Shown one piece after another: positions 1 through 12,793 of a stretch of 64,000 nucleotides of DNA. Position numbers and translations under genes: made by a program. The stretch spans positions 10,106,001 to 10,170,000 of the forward strand of contig NC_043008.1 of NCBI RefSeq assembly GCF_006345805.1. The letters run 5' to 3'. Positions within the stretch are counted from its first letter, which is position 1, and each line of letters opens with the position of its first letter. The notes under the pieces are model-generated. The model was not told the origin of the DNA and did no database searches. It was given only the letters and a program-made list of their open reading frames with translations. The stretch is from Octopus sinensis. Taxonomy: Eukaryota.

Positions 1-475
1 CCAGCACCAATTCTGCTGTGGCAAACAGGTCTTCTTGAATACAGAAAGGCACCAGATATCTTGATTCTTCGCCATCTTTGTACGGTTGTCTTGATTTCTG
101 GAAAATTTTGGACTTAATTTCATTCAATTGTTCTGGCCGTTAGGGAAGACTTGCATGATGCAAGATCCCTATAAAGATGTACCATCCGAGTTTGTCACAA
201 GAGTCAAGTTTAACAGATACTTCATCAGAAAAACTATCTTTTGTATAAGTTAAGGATTTCGTGTATTGTTGGGTACACCAAATGGTGAGTGTAAAATAGC
301 TTTTGAGCACTAAATGAAAGAATGATTGCTGTGATATATGCCCAGAGAATTTTATTCACAATTCAAATCAATGGACTCAGTCTCACCAATTAAACTAATG
401 GAATGCATTTAAGCAATTATTTAACTATCAAAGCTGTTCCTCATTCGTACTTAAAATGAAACTACTTCTAACAAG

Positions 476-729
476 GTGGAGCCACGTGGCTTAGTGGTTA
501 GGGTGTCAGCATTATGATCGTAAGGTTGTGGTTTCAATTCCTGGACTGGGCGACGCGTTGTGTTCTTGAGCAAAACACTTCATTTCACGTTGCTCCAGTC
601 CACTCAGTTGGCAGAAATGAGTAACGCTGCGATGGACTGATGTCCCATCCAGCTGGAGAACACATACGCCATAGAAACCAGGCCCATGAGCCTGGCTAGG
701 CTTTAAAAGGGCGCATTTATTTATTTTTT
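476..729 (+). mobile_element. tRNA-derived SINE, full length, with 13-bp TSD
   Basis: Pol III box A TGGCTTAGTGG and box B-like GTTTCAATTCC; central TGTGTTCTTGAGCAAAACACTT core; (TTTA)n/T tail; perfect direct repeat TACTTCTAACAAG at 463-475 and 730-742. Confidence 0.9.
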
Positions 730-2146
730 TACTTCTAACAAGAAACTTACACTTTCATGGGGTCCTGAAAACGAAGAAACACCTGAAGTTATCCTTCGGA
801 AATGGTGATCATTCATTTCATCTATTTGTTAGACAAGTTCTGTTAAAGAAAAAAGTTTTCATTTCTTTAATTCTTCTTTTTCAGTTCAGTGATACATACG
901 GTCGCACAACCATACACACCCACGAGCGAATTCAACAGTGAAACACTCGCACACACATTTTTGCTTCACGAATCGCTTACGTTTGTTTCATGTATGCATT
1001 TTTGTGTATGCAAATATCTGTATGTATGTATGTGCATCTAAGTATCGGTTTATGAGTGAGCTGAACAAAAATTAAAGAAATAAAAACTTTTACGGAAATT
1101 GCCGAACAAATAGATAAAATTACTATCTTTTTAGTTTCAGTTTTGTGATACCATCTCGGAAAGATAACCGTACCTGACGTTCAATAATCATGATCCAGTC
1201 ATCGAATCAATTAGGTTTTAAGATCACCGGTTTTAAAATTTCAAGTACATAATCTTGGTCTACATTCAAGAACGTATCTCCGTACACTTTCACTAAAGAA
1301 TAAGGAAGTTAAATTCGGAGAGAGGTAAGGTAAGCACTGAACAGTTATGTCCTATAATCTAAACACCTGACACTCAAAATTAGGCAAACTACGGCACAAA
1401 TAATTATTCCTCAAAGACACGCTGTTGATTTGAATTAAAATTTTCAGAAGTGATGGCCTAATATATAATCTATTTCCTTTTTACACGCTTGCGAGAAAGG
1501 AATCAATATAGAAAACTTCGTGGATGCCAGACCCACTAGAAATAGCAACAAAGTCTTCCTAAATTCAAGGATTATTTAGTCCAACATAAACTCAAAAACC
1601 CGAAATGGTCAAGGCTCAAAAGCCTTTAATCGTTTGTCTGATTGAATTAGTACTGACCGGAGACGAACCACATCAGAGCACTTGTCTTCAGCTCTGCCAC
1701 ATTGACAATTTTAAAAGCATAAGGGACTGTTTCTGTGAGAGAGAGACACTTAGAAAAAAGTTACTAAATTCACTGAAGTGGAGAAAGATTGACAAGGGCC
1801 CCACATAAGCAACAGAAAATCCAGACACACCCACTAATAAATTGGCAAGACAGTTTAAAGCGATTAAATGCAGAGTAGAGGCAGAGATGACAAAGCAGCC
1901 GGGACCTCAGGTGAACTACATCAGATACAAGGACTTGAGACGAACAAGTCGCACAAAAGAACATGATGTGCGTACATGTAGGAGACACACTAAAATTTTA
2001 AAAGAAAATGCATGTAAGGTTTCACATAAGAGGAACATGGCGAAATTCGCACGGAAAAAGTTTTCCTTCATTAAAAAAAAAAAAAGAAAAAAAACGACTA
2101 TTAATTAATTAGAGTTGTCGGAGCTGCTAAAAGCTAAAGAACTTAC

Positions 2147-2288
2147 CCGTATCAAAACACTGTAGGGTGTTAGTGGTTGTAATATCTCCATCTCCTTTCT
2201 GGATTACACCACCATAAACGTACAATTTGTTGCCCAGGCTGCAAAAAGACTGGCCTTCACAAGCATCCAAAGTGCCGGAGGGTTTCAC
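2147..2288 (-). CDS. Coding exon 2 of a Kelch-repeat protein (VKPSGTLDACEGQSFCSLGNKLYVYGGVIQKGDGDITTTNTLQCFDT)
   Basis: Acceptor TTTTTATATTCCAATTAAAG|GTG and donor CGG|GTAAGT on the minus strand; 142 bp, open in phase 0 with exon 1; contains the Kelch signature (hydrophobic-YVYGG ... N-x-L-x-x-FD). I could not find later exons inside the window. Confidence 0.8.
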
Positions 2289-3292
2289 CTTTAATTGGAA
2301 TATAAAAACATTTTTAAATGGTTTCTTGCATAAATAAGAAAGCGGGTCAGTAACTTGGGTGGTTTTTCCTTGATTTTATATTTCAGTTCATTTAGTCTAT
2401 TCTCTTGGGAAAGATATGAAATCGTTCACTCGCTCAAGCTAGTGCTCGAAAAATTCGAACGAGGGCAATCGAGCAATGTGCGGAAATGAAGTACGGGGGG
2501 AAAATAAACGAAGAAACTCGTTACATAAGAAATGGAAAATGGCAAATGACATAAGGAGAGATATTTTTAAGGGAAAACAGGTGGAGAAGTTCGGTCAATT
2601 ACTTCCTTAAAGATTAATTAATAATACAAATAAAATCGTTTCAACTGGAGTCAAAATAGTTTGATTCATCATACAGGAGAAATTATAACGAGGAATTAAA
2701 AGGGTGAAATAACTGTTGAAGTCCTGACTGGAAATATATTTTGTAAATAAGATGAAATAGGAAGAATAAAACCAAGTTTCGGAAACCAATTAGTGCTAAT
2801 AAAATAAATAAGTGTAGTGATAAAATGCGAGAAGCAACATGAGGGACAAAACAACTTTTTTTTTTTTTTTTGGTCTAATTTAGATACTCGGAAGAATAAA
2901 ATTAATTTTTACGGGCTTTTAATCTTGAAGTCTTTGTAACCTTTGAATTTGAAATTATTTATATATCACTTTTAAGGTTAACAAAAATGTTTTATACCCA
3001 AACTATTTGAATTTGGTTAAAAACTGTCAAAAAGTTGCGTTGTGGTGCTTTTATGCTTTAGTACCAACATTTTTTATTTTTTTATTCCAAACGGCATAAT
3101 TCAATAAATCTCAGAAAAATTACTGATAATTATTTCGTAATTGTCTCAGGAAAATCAAAGTAGTTGTTGACGTAAAACGAATTGGGTCGGACACAGAGAT
3201 AAGAAGAGACATAAACCAAGTCTCGTATTCTATTCATCTAATAACCAGTCTACCAGTCTCTGACGTTCCTGGCAAAAATAAGAGGAACTTAC

Positions 3293-3364
3293 CTGCTTCC
3301 ATGTGACACTAAGATCATTTTCTATCGGAGATCCTTCGTTGGAAAGGCTGACGTTGTTACCCAT
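3293..3364 (-). CDS. Probable first coding exon of the Kelch-repeat protein (MGNNVSLSNEGSPIENDLSVTWKQ)
   Basis: ATG in strong context (AATATGG); 24 codons ending at a perfect donor CAG|GTAAGT; joins exon 2 in frame to give W-K-Q-V-K-P-S-G, typical of a Kelch blade start. An acceptor CTTTCAG| lies 8 nt upstream (exon start 3372). Confidence 0.7.
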
Positions 3365-3499
3365 ATTAACAGCTGAAAGGACAGACAAAGATGTTGTCGA
3401 ATGAAGCAAGAATTAAGAAAGAAAACGATGAATAGACAAATTTCTAGAAAGCCAGTGGATAAGTGATGACATACAAAGAATACAATGCTTCACCCAAAC

Positions 3500-3835
3500 A
3501 CTGGCGATTTCCCGCTCTTATATTTATACTGTTTTCGCGGATTTTTTCTCCTCCTCCCTTTTACTAAAGCATGTCGGGGAAAGCAGAGAGAATATTTTAT
3601 TTTTTATGAGATATATTTATTTTCCTCAGATAATGATAGACTGTCTTATATAAAATATATGTAATGTTTTTTGACAATTGCTATTATTTATATCTATACC
3701 GAAACCATTTCAGGAATATATGTAATTGAAAGTGTGTGCGTATAATGTTTGGTATATGTGTATGTGGCCAAAATATTCGGTGCTTTCCGCCAATTTCCGG
3801 ACATCGTTTAGTTTTTTTGACACTTCGCGCCCAAC
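3500..3835. promoter_or_regulatory. CpG-enriched putative promoter of the Kelch gene with E2F-like motifs
   Basis: TTTCCCGC (3508-3515), TTTCGCGG (3533-3540), TTTCCGCC (3784-3791) and TTCGCGCC (3824-3831) in a CpG-richer patch upstream of the ATG. Motif match only. Confidence 0.35.
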
Positions 3836-4040
3836 TCATTTCTTTTAGACGTGGGTCGGAAAACTTTTTATCGGTACCTCCTCTGTCAACAAAATACCAT
3901 TTTCTTTTTATGAATTGTTTTATCAGTGGTACTCGATGTAGATAAAACTATAAATAACAGGATATAGAATATTGGGTTAAAAAAGCTCTCGAGTAGAAAA
4001 TAAAAAAGAAAAAAGTATCTGAGTGCTATATATATATATA

Positions 4041-4408
4041 CTAGCAGTATCGCCCGGCGTTGCTCAGGTTTGTAAGGGAAATAACTATATAAGCATTTTT
4101 AGAGAGTTATAGCGGAAAAAAAATGATGGTAAATTTTTTTTGAGAGTTAAAAAAGGTCGAGTTGCGTCCCCTAGACAGTCTGTGGTTTGTGTTTCTGATT
4201 CTCGACCCCATGTCGAATTTATCGATTTTTTTTCAGAAGTGAGGGAACTTTTCAAAATTTTCGCTGCGTTAGTTTTGAATTATGACATTGGGCTATGTGT
4301 GTGTCAAGTTTCATCAGAATCGGTTGAAAGCAGTGGTCAGGGTGAGGGTACAACCAAACAGACACACAGAAACACACACAGACAAACTGCCGTTTATATA
4401 GAGAGAGA
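4041..4408 (-). mobile_element. Non-autonomous Helitron-like element A
   Basis: On the minus strand it begins TCTCTCTCTATATAAACGGC and ends in a GC-rich hairpin-like segment then CTAG; inserted between A and T in (TA)n with no TSD. Confidence 0.75.
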
Positions 4409-4672
4409 TATATACACATAAATATATATTTGAAAAAATGAATAGAAATGGCTTTTCTGATAATTTTGCCACTTTAATAATTAGATGTTTATAAGTTTAC
4501 AAAAGATAATCTACACTTTTGTATTTACCTTTTGCAAACTTTTAAACATCTAATTATTAAAGTGGAAAAATTTTCAGAAAAGACATTTCTATTCATTCTT
4601 TCAAATATATATTACTGTACCAAGGACCTTCTATTTCTTGTCTTCCCTTCTCTGGATCTTTCCTTCTCCTAT

Positions 4673-4707
4673 GTTTCCGACGAAGAGCTCCGCTCGAAAC
4701 GTTAAAC
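4673..4707 (+). ncRNA. Minimal type-I hammerhead-like motif with variant core CCGACGA
   Basis: GTTT-CCGACGA-A-GAGC(TCC)GCTC-GAAA-CGT-T^AAAC: stem I GTTT/AAAC, stem II GAGC/GCTC, palindromic ACGT stem III. U4 of the canonical CUGANGA is C. Confidence 0.6.
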
Positions 4708-4852
4708 CCTCCTTCTTTCCTTCTTTCCTTAGCGTCCAATAATACTATATTTGTTCCACGTCCTCGCGTTGTGTTTTCTCTTTGTGTTTTCTTGTTTGGA
4801 TTAACTATATATAAATATATATACATATAAATGTATATATGTATATATATAT

Positions 4853-5470
4853 CATCATCATCATCATCATTGTTTAACGTCTACTTTCCATCTTCCATGC
4901 TAGCATGGGTTGGACGATTTGACTGAGGACTGGCAAACCAGATGGCTGCACCAGGCTCCAACCTTGATCTGGCACAGTTTCTACAGCTGGATGCCCTTTC
5001 TAATGCCAGCCATTCCGAGAGTGTAGTGGGTGTTTTTACATGCCACTGGCATGATGGCCAGTCAGGCGGTACTGGCAACGACCATGCTCAAATGGTGTTT
5101 TTTACCTGCCACCTGCACAGGAGCCAGTCCAGCGGCACTGGCAATGATCTTGCTTGAATGTTTTTTCGTGTGCCACCAGCACAAGTGCCAGTAAGGCAAT
5201 GCTGGTAACGATCACACTCGAATGGTGCTTTTTTATGTGCCACCAGCACGGAAGCCAGTCAGCTGCTCTGGCAACGAACACGCTCGGATGGTGCTCTTAG
5301 TGCTCCACTAGCACGGATGCCAGTCATCGAATTTGATGTCGATATCAATTTCACTTGCCTCAACAGGTCTTCGCAAGCTGAGTTTAGTGTCCAATGAAGG
5401 AAAGGTATGCATAAGTGGGCTGGTTACACCCCTGCATAGGCCACAAGGTTATGGTCTCACTTGGCTTGCC
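4853..5470 (-). mobile_element. Long copy of an abundant (GAT)n-tailed retroposon, probably RTE-dependent
   Basis: Ends ...CATGCTAGCATGGAAxxxxGACGTTAAA-(GAT)n; internal ~60-bp GTGCCAC/CTGGCAACGA modules; many other copies in the window; inserted in (TA)n. Confidence 0.8.
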
Positions 5471-5497
5471 ATATATATGTACGTATGTATGTATGTA

Positions 5498-5539
<42 letters not shown>

Positions 5540-5674
5540 GATATATACACATATATCAATTCAAATAAATATATATATCAATATATACATCAATTGAAAT
5601 AAACAAATAAAAAACAGACAACATGGGAAAGTGCATAACAAATGTATTAACTTGAAACTTGGCGAAAGGAGAGA

Positions 5675-5708
5675 GTTTGATGCTTCGAGCATAGCTCTTC
5701 ATCGAAAA
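5675..5708 (-). ncRNA. Degenerate hammerhead-like motif related to 4673-4707
   Basis: Reverse complement TTTT-CGATGA-A-GAGC(TAT)GCTC-GAAG-CAT-C-AAAC; stem II intact, core decayed. Confidence 0.45.
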
Positions 5709-6296
5709 GGAGAAAGGGAAAAGTTCAAAGAAGGAAAACATACATACATATAAATATATATATATATTTGCAAAACAAATTTACATGAAGTACAAAAATA
5801 TTTTGCTGAAATTTCCACCCTAACAAAAGGGGGCTGGTTTTATGGTAATGTTTATATGCAGCCCCTACTGGTTGCATATCTTTGATGCCAGTTATGAACA
5901 TTACAAATAATACATAATTCTGAGACTCCAGAAACAGCTGTCGGACTTGAGATGGCATGCCTTCTCCCCTTAGTTTTCTATATATTTTTTTTTGTACTCC
6001 ATGTAAATTTGTTTTGTAAATATGTAAATTTCTTTATGCTTATACATGAAAATACATCTGATGAATATTTTCAGTTCTTGTTTCTCTCTCTATAAATACC
6101 TATATACATTTACATGTGTATATGTATGTATGTGTATTTGATAAAGCATGTTTATCTGCATCACTATCTCTATATCAGCTCACCTGGATTTCTTTTATAG
6201 CTACTTTCTATCCTGCAGACTTAGTCCTCATTAACAACTTTGGAGATTAAGTTCAGACCATTTGGGCACTGTTACATGTTCTCTCTCTATTGAGCA

Positions 6297-6412
<116 letters not shown>

Positions 6413-6620
6413 TGTAAATATATGTGTGTGTGGTGTGTGTATGTATATATATATATATATATATATGTATACACATACACACACACCCACTGTACTGACA
6501 AACTTCCAAATGCCTATTTTTTTTAATAGATTCTTAGACAACTATATATATACATCATCATCATCATCTACAGCTGGATGCCTTTCCTAAATATATATAT
6601 ATATATATATATTATATATA

Positions 6621-6931
6621 AAACCTCTTCGGTCATGAATAACTATGGGATTAAACCTAGATAGTTACCCTCCAGGGCACGGGTCCAGGCAACATTGTTT
6701 ATGGAAGACCAGCAGTCACCCATGCATACCAGCCTCTCTTCTCCACACCACCAATGTTATCCAAGAGTAAAGGCAAAAACCAATTCAGCTTGGCACCAGT
6801 GATATCATAACTCACTTCTACAGACGAATGAACCGGAGTAACACGAAGTAAAGTCTCTTGCTTGAGGAATCGAACTCACTACCTCATGATTGTAAGCTTG
6901 ACACTCTAACCACAAAGCCATGCTCCTTCAC
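6621..6931 (-). mobile_element. tRNA-derived SINE (same family as 33501-34232), internally deleted
   Basis: Minus-strand head TGGCTTTGTGG...GAGTTCGATTCC; tail ...TCATGACCGAAGAGG; colinear with the 33.5-kb copy. Confidence 0.8.
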
Positions 6932-7517
6932 ATACACACACACATGCATGCACATACACACACACATAAACATATATAAAACGTTGTTATGAAAAAGACA
7001 TGGTGTCAGTTTACAGACATAATTTATTGCTACATTTTTCTTTCAAGGTTTCATGGGAATACAGACAGATTTAATTTTATACGAACGCCATATTTTAGAG
7101 ATGCTGAAGGTCTTCACACATGATTAATGATTAAACCAATCTTTCACATCACTGCAAAAAAAAATTTGGCTGCATTGATTTCTTCATCCATCTCTGAGCT
7201 GGTATAGAGATGTGAAAACAGTTATTATGAAAATCATGCTGGGTTGAGAATGGAGCTGTGGAAACAGCTTTTGAGAAAGGAATTCACCAGGGGACTGTAA
7301 CAAATGGTGTCCAAGTTTCCTCTGCCTTTCACACTCAAGACAGGTGTTTTAAAGCTGTCGCTGAAGAGAACTTTCTAGTACTTATCATGTGAACCATTAG
7401 TTCTGATTGGTCTGCACACATGATAAAACTTGTGATTTACATGTTATCGTAAATGTAAATGATATTCAACTGCCACATATGTGTGTGTGCTTATATATAT
7501 ATATATATATATATATA

Positions 7518-7629
7518 CTGCCAGATCTGACTGGCCTGGTGCAGCCTTCGGGCTCCCCAGACCCCAGTTGAACCGTCCAACCCATGCTAGCATGGAAAGC
7601 GGACGTTAAATGATGATGATGATGATGAT
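7518..7629 (+). mobile_element. 5'-truncated (GAT)n-tailed retroposon
   Basis: ...CCAACCCATGCTAGCATGGAAAGCGGACGTTAAATGATGATG, flanked by (TA)n. Confidence 0.85.
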
Positions 7630-7695
7630 ATATATACATACTTATGTGTGTGTGTGTATGCATATATATATATATATATTTATTTATTTATATAC

Positions 7696-7733
<38 letters not shown>

Positions 7734-7931
7734 TGTTCTGGTTCAGAAAAACATCATTAGTTCTTGGAATGTTTTAATAATAGGTTTTATTGATATATGT
7801 TTTATGTGTATGTGTATCTATATATGAGTATATATATATATTATATATATATATATATTCACCATGCTGGACCACTGAACTCAACACGTTTTTTTTTTTC
7901 AATTTCTCTCTATTTTTATTTCCTCTTTTTC

Positions 7932-7967
7932 CTTTCTGTCAAAGAGCATAGGTTCGAAACATAAAAG
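7932..7967 (+). ncRNA. Degenerate hammerhead-like motif, third family
   Basis: CTTT-CTGTCAA-A-GAGC(ATAG)GTTC-GAAA-CAT-A^AAAG: stem I CTTT/AAAG and GAAAC present, core altered. Confidence 0.4.
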
Positions 7968-8053
7968 ACTTTTCCAATTTCCCTGAGCGTCAAACTAATC
8001 CACCTGTTTGTTGTTCCTACACCCGTCTTCATCTTTATTTTCCTATAAATTTG

Positions 8054-8100
<47 letters not shown>

Positions 8101-8466
8101 ATATAAAAATATATATAGATTAGAGAAAAAACCACAATTATACAATTCAAACAATGATAGACATAAACCAAATCATAAATAAAAAATAAAATATATTTTT
8201 TAAAACATGTAAATAGAACACAAAAAGTACAAAAATGAATAACAAATATATAATACATAATATTATATTATATATAGAGAACATTCTTTTCTTGGCGGTT
8301 AGATCGTAGATGATCTACTTCTAGCATATTGGATGTCCACTTAGTGGTCATCCCTTCTTATAACAATTTTTCTGAATTTTCAGATTTTTTTATATGCTAG
8401 GCTACTGGTTTTAAATTTATGTTAATTAAATTAGTATTCAATTTATCACCCTCATTATTTAAATTT

Positions 8467-8506
<40 letters not shown>

Positions 8507-8565
8507 TATTTTATAAGCTTAAACCTTGTAAGTAGTCACTGTGTAATGACTAAAGAAAATAGCCT

Positions 8566-8770
8566 GGATCTTTACGTTTTGACCGACAGATTTTTAAAAT
8601 AAGTTTTTGTAACTAAACACTTTCAAACTTCAGACACTGGTAGAATGTGTCATATAAAACATCTTTCACTCTTAGCATTTTTGAAAAAACTTTATATTTA
8701 CAAAGTTATCTCATGTTAAAGTTGTATTATTTCAGTAATTTCAACCAATCAATGACGTGTATTCAGTTGA
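8566..8770. mobile_element. Old fragment of the MITE family seen intact at 44863-45280
   Basis: GGATCTTTACGTTTTGACCGACAG... aligns by eye to the reverse complement of the right ~200 bp of the 44.9-kb element. Confidence 0.6.
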
Positions 8771-10462
8771 ATATAATTACTGCTGCTGTTTGTCACCAAG
8801 AACTGCTGAGATGGGATAAATTTCATAAGCTAAAATTCACCCCACCCATCAAAAAAAAAAAACAAAAAAAATTCAGTCTTTAAAGTTTCATAGCTTTTTT
8901 TGATAATTTCTTCCCCCACCCCGAAAAAAAAATGGTTACAGTTTTTGTACTTGGCATGAAATGTGTTACATCTGTGTGCAGAAATTTCTATTAAAGTTGA
9001 AAGCATTAGCTAAAATTGAAAAGATCCTAAAATGGAAAGAGAACAGGTGTGATCAACAGGTGGTTTGAACAAGGAAGAGATATCTGTTAGAGGAGCCGTG
9101 CTTGAGAAATGGAGGAAAGGAGTTAAAAGAAAAAAAAAAAGATTGAAAAGAGAGAAAAATAGAAAGAGAAAAGAGAATATTTAATGCAAATTTGAGGGCA
9201 TGAAATTTTGATCAAAGATTAACAATAAAGAAAATGGAAACGGAAAGGTAGACAGGAAATAATAAATAATAAAATTACCTATAAATTGGACATGGGTAAT
9301 CGTTGTATTCTTTCTTGTCTTGAGGTTCACAGCCAAACTGCTAGGTGGAGTCACGTGAAAAATGGCACAAACGTGGAGACAGGTGCATAAATTGGAATGC
9401 AGTTTGTATTTTTTTTCTAGCCCCCACAGTTACCGAGAAAATCAATTAAAACTTTTTGTAATAGAATTACCCTGTTTGTTTGTCATCATTAAAACAACCA
9501 GTTGCTCACACAGCCAGTATATACCATTTCGCTAGCAACAAGGGAAGTACAGGGTGACAGTCAGCCAAAACTTTCACTATGCTGTCTCTCTTTTTCCCCC
9601 TCTCTGTGGGGTTAATAATCTTAATCTTTAGTTACAGTTTCTCATTCAAACTACATAATAGGCAGAATTGTCAGATTAAGACAGTAGGGTCTTTTGAAGG
9701 AGATTTGGCTGCTATTTCTACCAGGTCTAGCTACTATGTAGAGGTCTGAACTTAATTTTCATTCACATATTTGCATTTCAAAAATTTAACATAAACTTTT
9801 CTATAAATCAACTATCGTAAAAATTTTATACGATGACCTCACATTTTCTATGTATGTGCTTGTACCTTAAAAGACGTCAATCATCACAATACACACCTTC
9901 ACTCACTCACTCTATCTCTCTTTCTCACCCTCTTTCTCTCTCACATACACACACACGCACACACACACATCTCCATTTCATATATCTTCTTTCAATTTGT
10001 GCTCTGCAAATAAAATTTTTTACAGATACAATTGCTTACAAAAATAGGGATCAATGTATAATTTCTTTCTATGTCCATAATTAAATCAATGTTTTAATGA
10101 TTAGACAGAGGTCCAATAGAATATCTCTAAGAAACAGACTACGTACAAATTTGTTCTTCACAACTCCTGAAGCTGTTTTCTGACAAGGGAGGGGGGGTAG
10201 GAAATTTTCATACATCTGGAGGCTCCAATTGAAACAGGGGACCCGAAATGATAAAGTTGACAAACGTTGTTATAGATTATGCTTAACCGAAAACGATCAC
10301 AGCCACATCATCCGAACAGACCGAGTGGAACCGGGCTTAGCTGCTAGTATTTATAATAAGAGACAGACAAGAAAAAGTAAAGTAAGGAAGAGGATAGGAG
10401 ATATAAAAGGAATGGGAGAGAGAGGGAGAGAAGGAGGACAGAGTTCTAGAGAAAAGAGGTGA

Positions 10463-10488
10463 ATAGATAGATAGATAGATAGATAGAC

Positions 10489-10519
<31 letters not shown>

Positions 10520-10550
10520 TACAGATAGATAGACAGACAGACAGATAGAC

Positions 10551-10621
<71 letters not shown>

Positions 10622-10652
10622 CAGAGAGAGAGAGACAGACAGACAGACATAC

Positions 10653-10707
<55 letters not shown>

Positions 10708-10750
10708 CAGAGAGAGAGAGACAGACAGACAGACATACAGACAGACATAC

Positions 10751-10809
<59 letters not shown>

Positions 10810-10890
10810 CAGAGAGAGAGAGACAGACAGACAGACATACAGATAGATAGATAGATAGACAGAGAGAGAGAGACAGACAGACAGACATAC

Positions 10891-10948
<58 letters not shown>

Positions 10949-10990
10949 GTAGATAGATAGACAGAGAGAGAGAGAGACAGGCAGACATAC

Positions 10991-11074
<84 letters not shown>

Positions 11075-11079
11075 CAATC

Positions 11080-11133
<54 letters not shown>

Positions 11134-11170
11134 CAGACAGATAAATAGATAGATCGATAGATAGATAGAG
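10463..11170. repeat. Compound (GATA)n/(GACA)n/(GA)n microsatellite with higher-order blocks
   Basis: (GATA)n runs separated by a recurring linker GACA(GA)n(GACA)nCATACA; source of the IYLS pseudo-ORFs. Confidence 0.95.
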
Positions 11171-11814
11171 AGAGAGAGGGGGCGAGAGAAAGAGTAAAAA
11201 ACTGAATTAATAGAAAATAAAAAAGAAAGACTAATCGGACGAGAGAGAGGGGGGAGAGAGAAGGAGAAACTGAGGTAGAAATCAAAAGATCCAAAATATA
11301 GGAGAGATTGCGAGTCTTTCCAAAATGAGTGAAAGAAATCGTGTCAAAGAGAGAGAAGAAGGAAGCGAAAAAGGAGAAGAATAATTCGAAATAAGCAGAA
11401 GGAGAGATTGAAAATAACAGAGAGAGAGAGAGAGAATAGAGACGGGGACGAATTGAAGAGAAAAATGACAATGTAAAGGAGAAGGAGGAGGAATGGAGGG
11501 AAGAGAGTAAGAATTATGTGAGAGAATTGAGTAGGGAGATAGATAGAGAGAAGAAATAGTGTAAGGAAGGGAAGAGGAGTAGGAGGGAAAGAGTAAGAGA
11601 TAGATGGGAAAAGGGGGAAGGGATAAAGAGAAGAGATAGAAAGGCAGGATAGAATGGGAGGGAGATGATGAAGAGAAAGAGAGAGAGAGAGAGAGAGGTA
11701 AGGGAGGAGGTAAGAAGTAAGAAGATAGAAAAAACGAAAACAGAGAGAGAGTGAGAGAGAGTAGAAGATAAGGTAACATATGAGAGAGGGGGTAAGAAGT
11801 AATTGAAAATTTAG

Positions 11815-11850
<36 letters not shown>

Positions 11851-12290
11851 AAGAGAGAAAGAAAGAGAGAGAGAAAGAAAGAGAGAGAGAGAAAGAAAGA
11901 GAGAGAGAGAAGAAAGAGAGAGAGAGAAAGAAAGAGAGAGAGAGAAAGAAAGAGAGAGAGAGAGGTAAGGGAGGAGATAAGAAGATAGAAAGACGAAAAC
12001 AGAGAGAGAGAGAAGAAGAGAACGTAAGAAGTAATTGAAAATTTAGAAAAGAAGAGAGAGAGAGAGAGAGAGGTAAGAGAGGAGATAAGGAGTAAGAAGA
12101 TAGAAAAGACGAAAACAGAGAGAGAGAGAGAGAGTAGAAGATAATGTAATATGTGAGAGAGGGGGGTAAGAAGTAATTGAAAATTTAGAAAAAAAGAGAG
12201 AGAAACAGAGAAAGACAGAGAGAGAGAGAGAGAAGATGTAGAGAAAGAGGGTTAGATATAGGGGAGGGGGATGAAGAAGAAGAACTGATT
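11171..12290. repeat. Polypurine (GA/GAAA-rich) tract with a thrice-repeated ~130-bp module
   Basis: GAGGTAAG...AAGATAGAAAA(A/G)ACGAAAACAGAGAG and GTAAGAAGTAATTGAAAATTTAGAAAA each recur three times between ~11695 and 12200. Confidence 0.85.
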
Positions 12291-12793
12291 TACATAATCT
12301 CGTCGGTCCGAGATTCTATCTTGTGTCATTCCGTTCCTCAGCCGTGTCTGTCGATGGTTGACGGTTTGGAGACATACAAACCATGTAAGTCATCATTTAT
12401 TATCCTTCTTTGCCTCATTAAATATTTTCCCCCTCTTTGGATCGAAGAAAGGAAGCACCTTGTATTTGCTTTCACGCTTCTTTCCAAAAAAAAAAAGACC
12501 TTTTAAAATTGGTTACAAAAAAAAAAAACACACACACAAAACCTTTTCCTCGTCTCCATAAAAAAATAATGTTACTAATTAATAATTGATAATTAATAAA
12601 TTACTATATATGGCACGAAAGGTATTAATTTCATTACGTATAATAATAACCATAGCAATAATTGGTGGTTGCTAAACATTGGCCCCGATCTTAGATTGAA
12701 TGCCTTCTATGACGACACATAGCTGGTGCTTGTTGTATCGACCCCCGGGGATGGATAAAGGATGTACCAGTCATGTACTGGGGGGGGTTCGGC

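Noticed and set aside
95-290. Open frame ...MMQDPYKDVPSEFVTRVKF... ending at a plus-strand donor ATG|GTGAGT (285)
   Set aside because: No recognisable domain and no partner exon; it could be a real exon but I cannot support it.
1605-2108. ORFs 1605..1808 and 1842..2108
   Set aside because: Short, no motif, antisense to the Kelch intron; the second ends in a poly-A run.
5380-5470. Possible HDV-like ribozyme at the 5' end of the long (GAT)n retroposon
   Set aside because: Only a 5-bp P1 candidate and no P1.1 or J4/2 match could be built.
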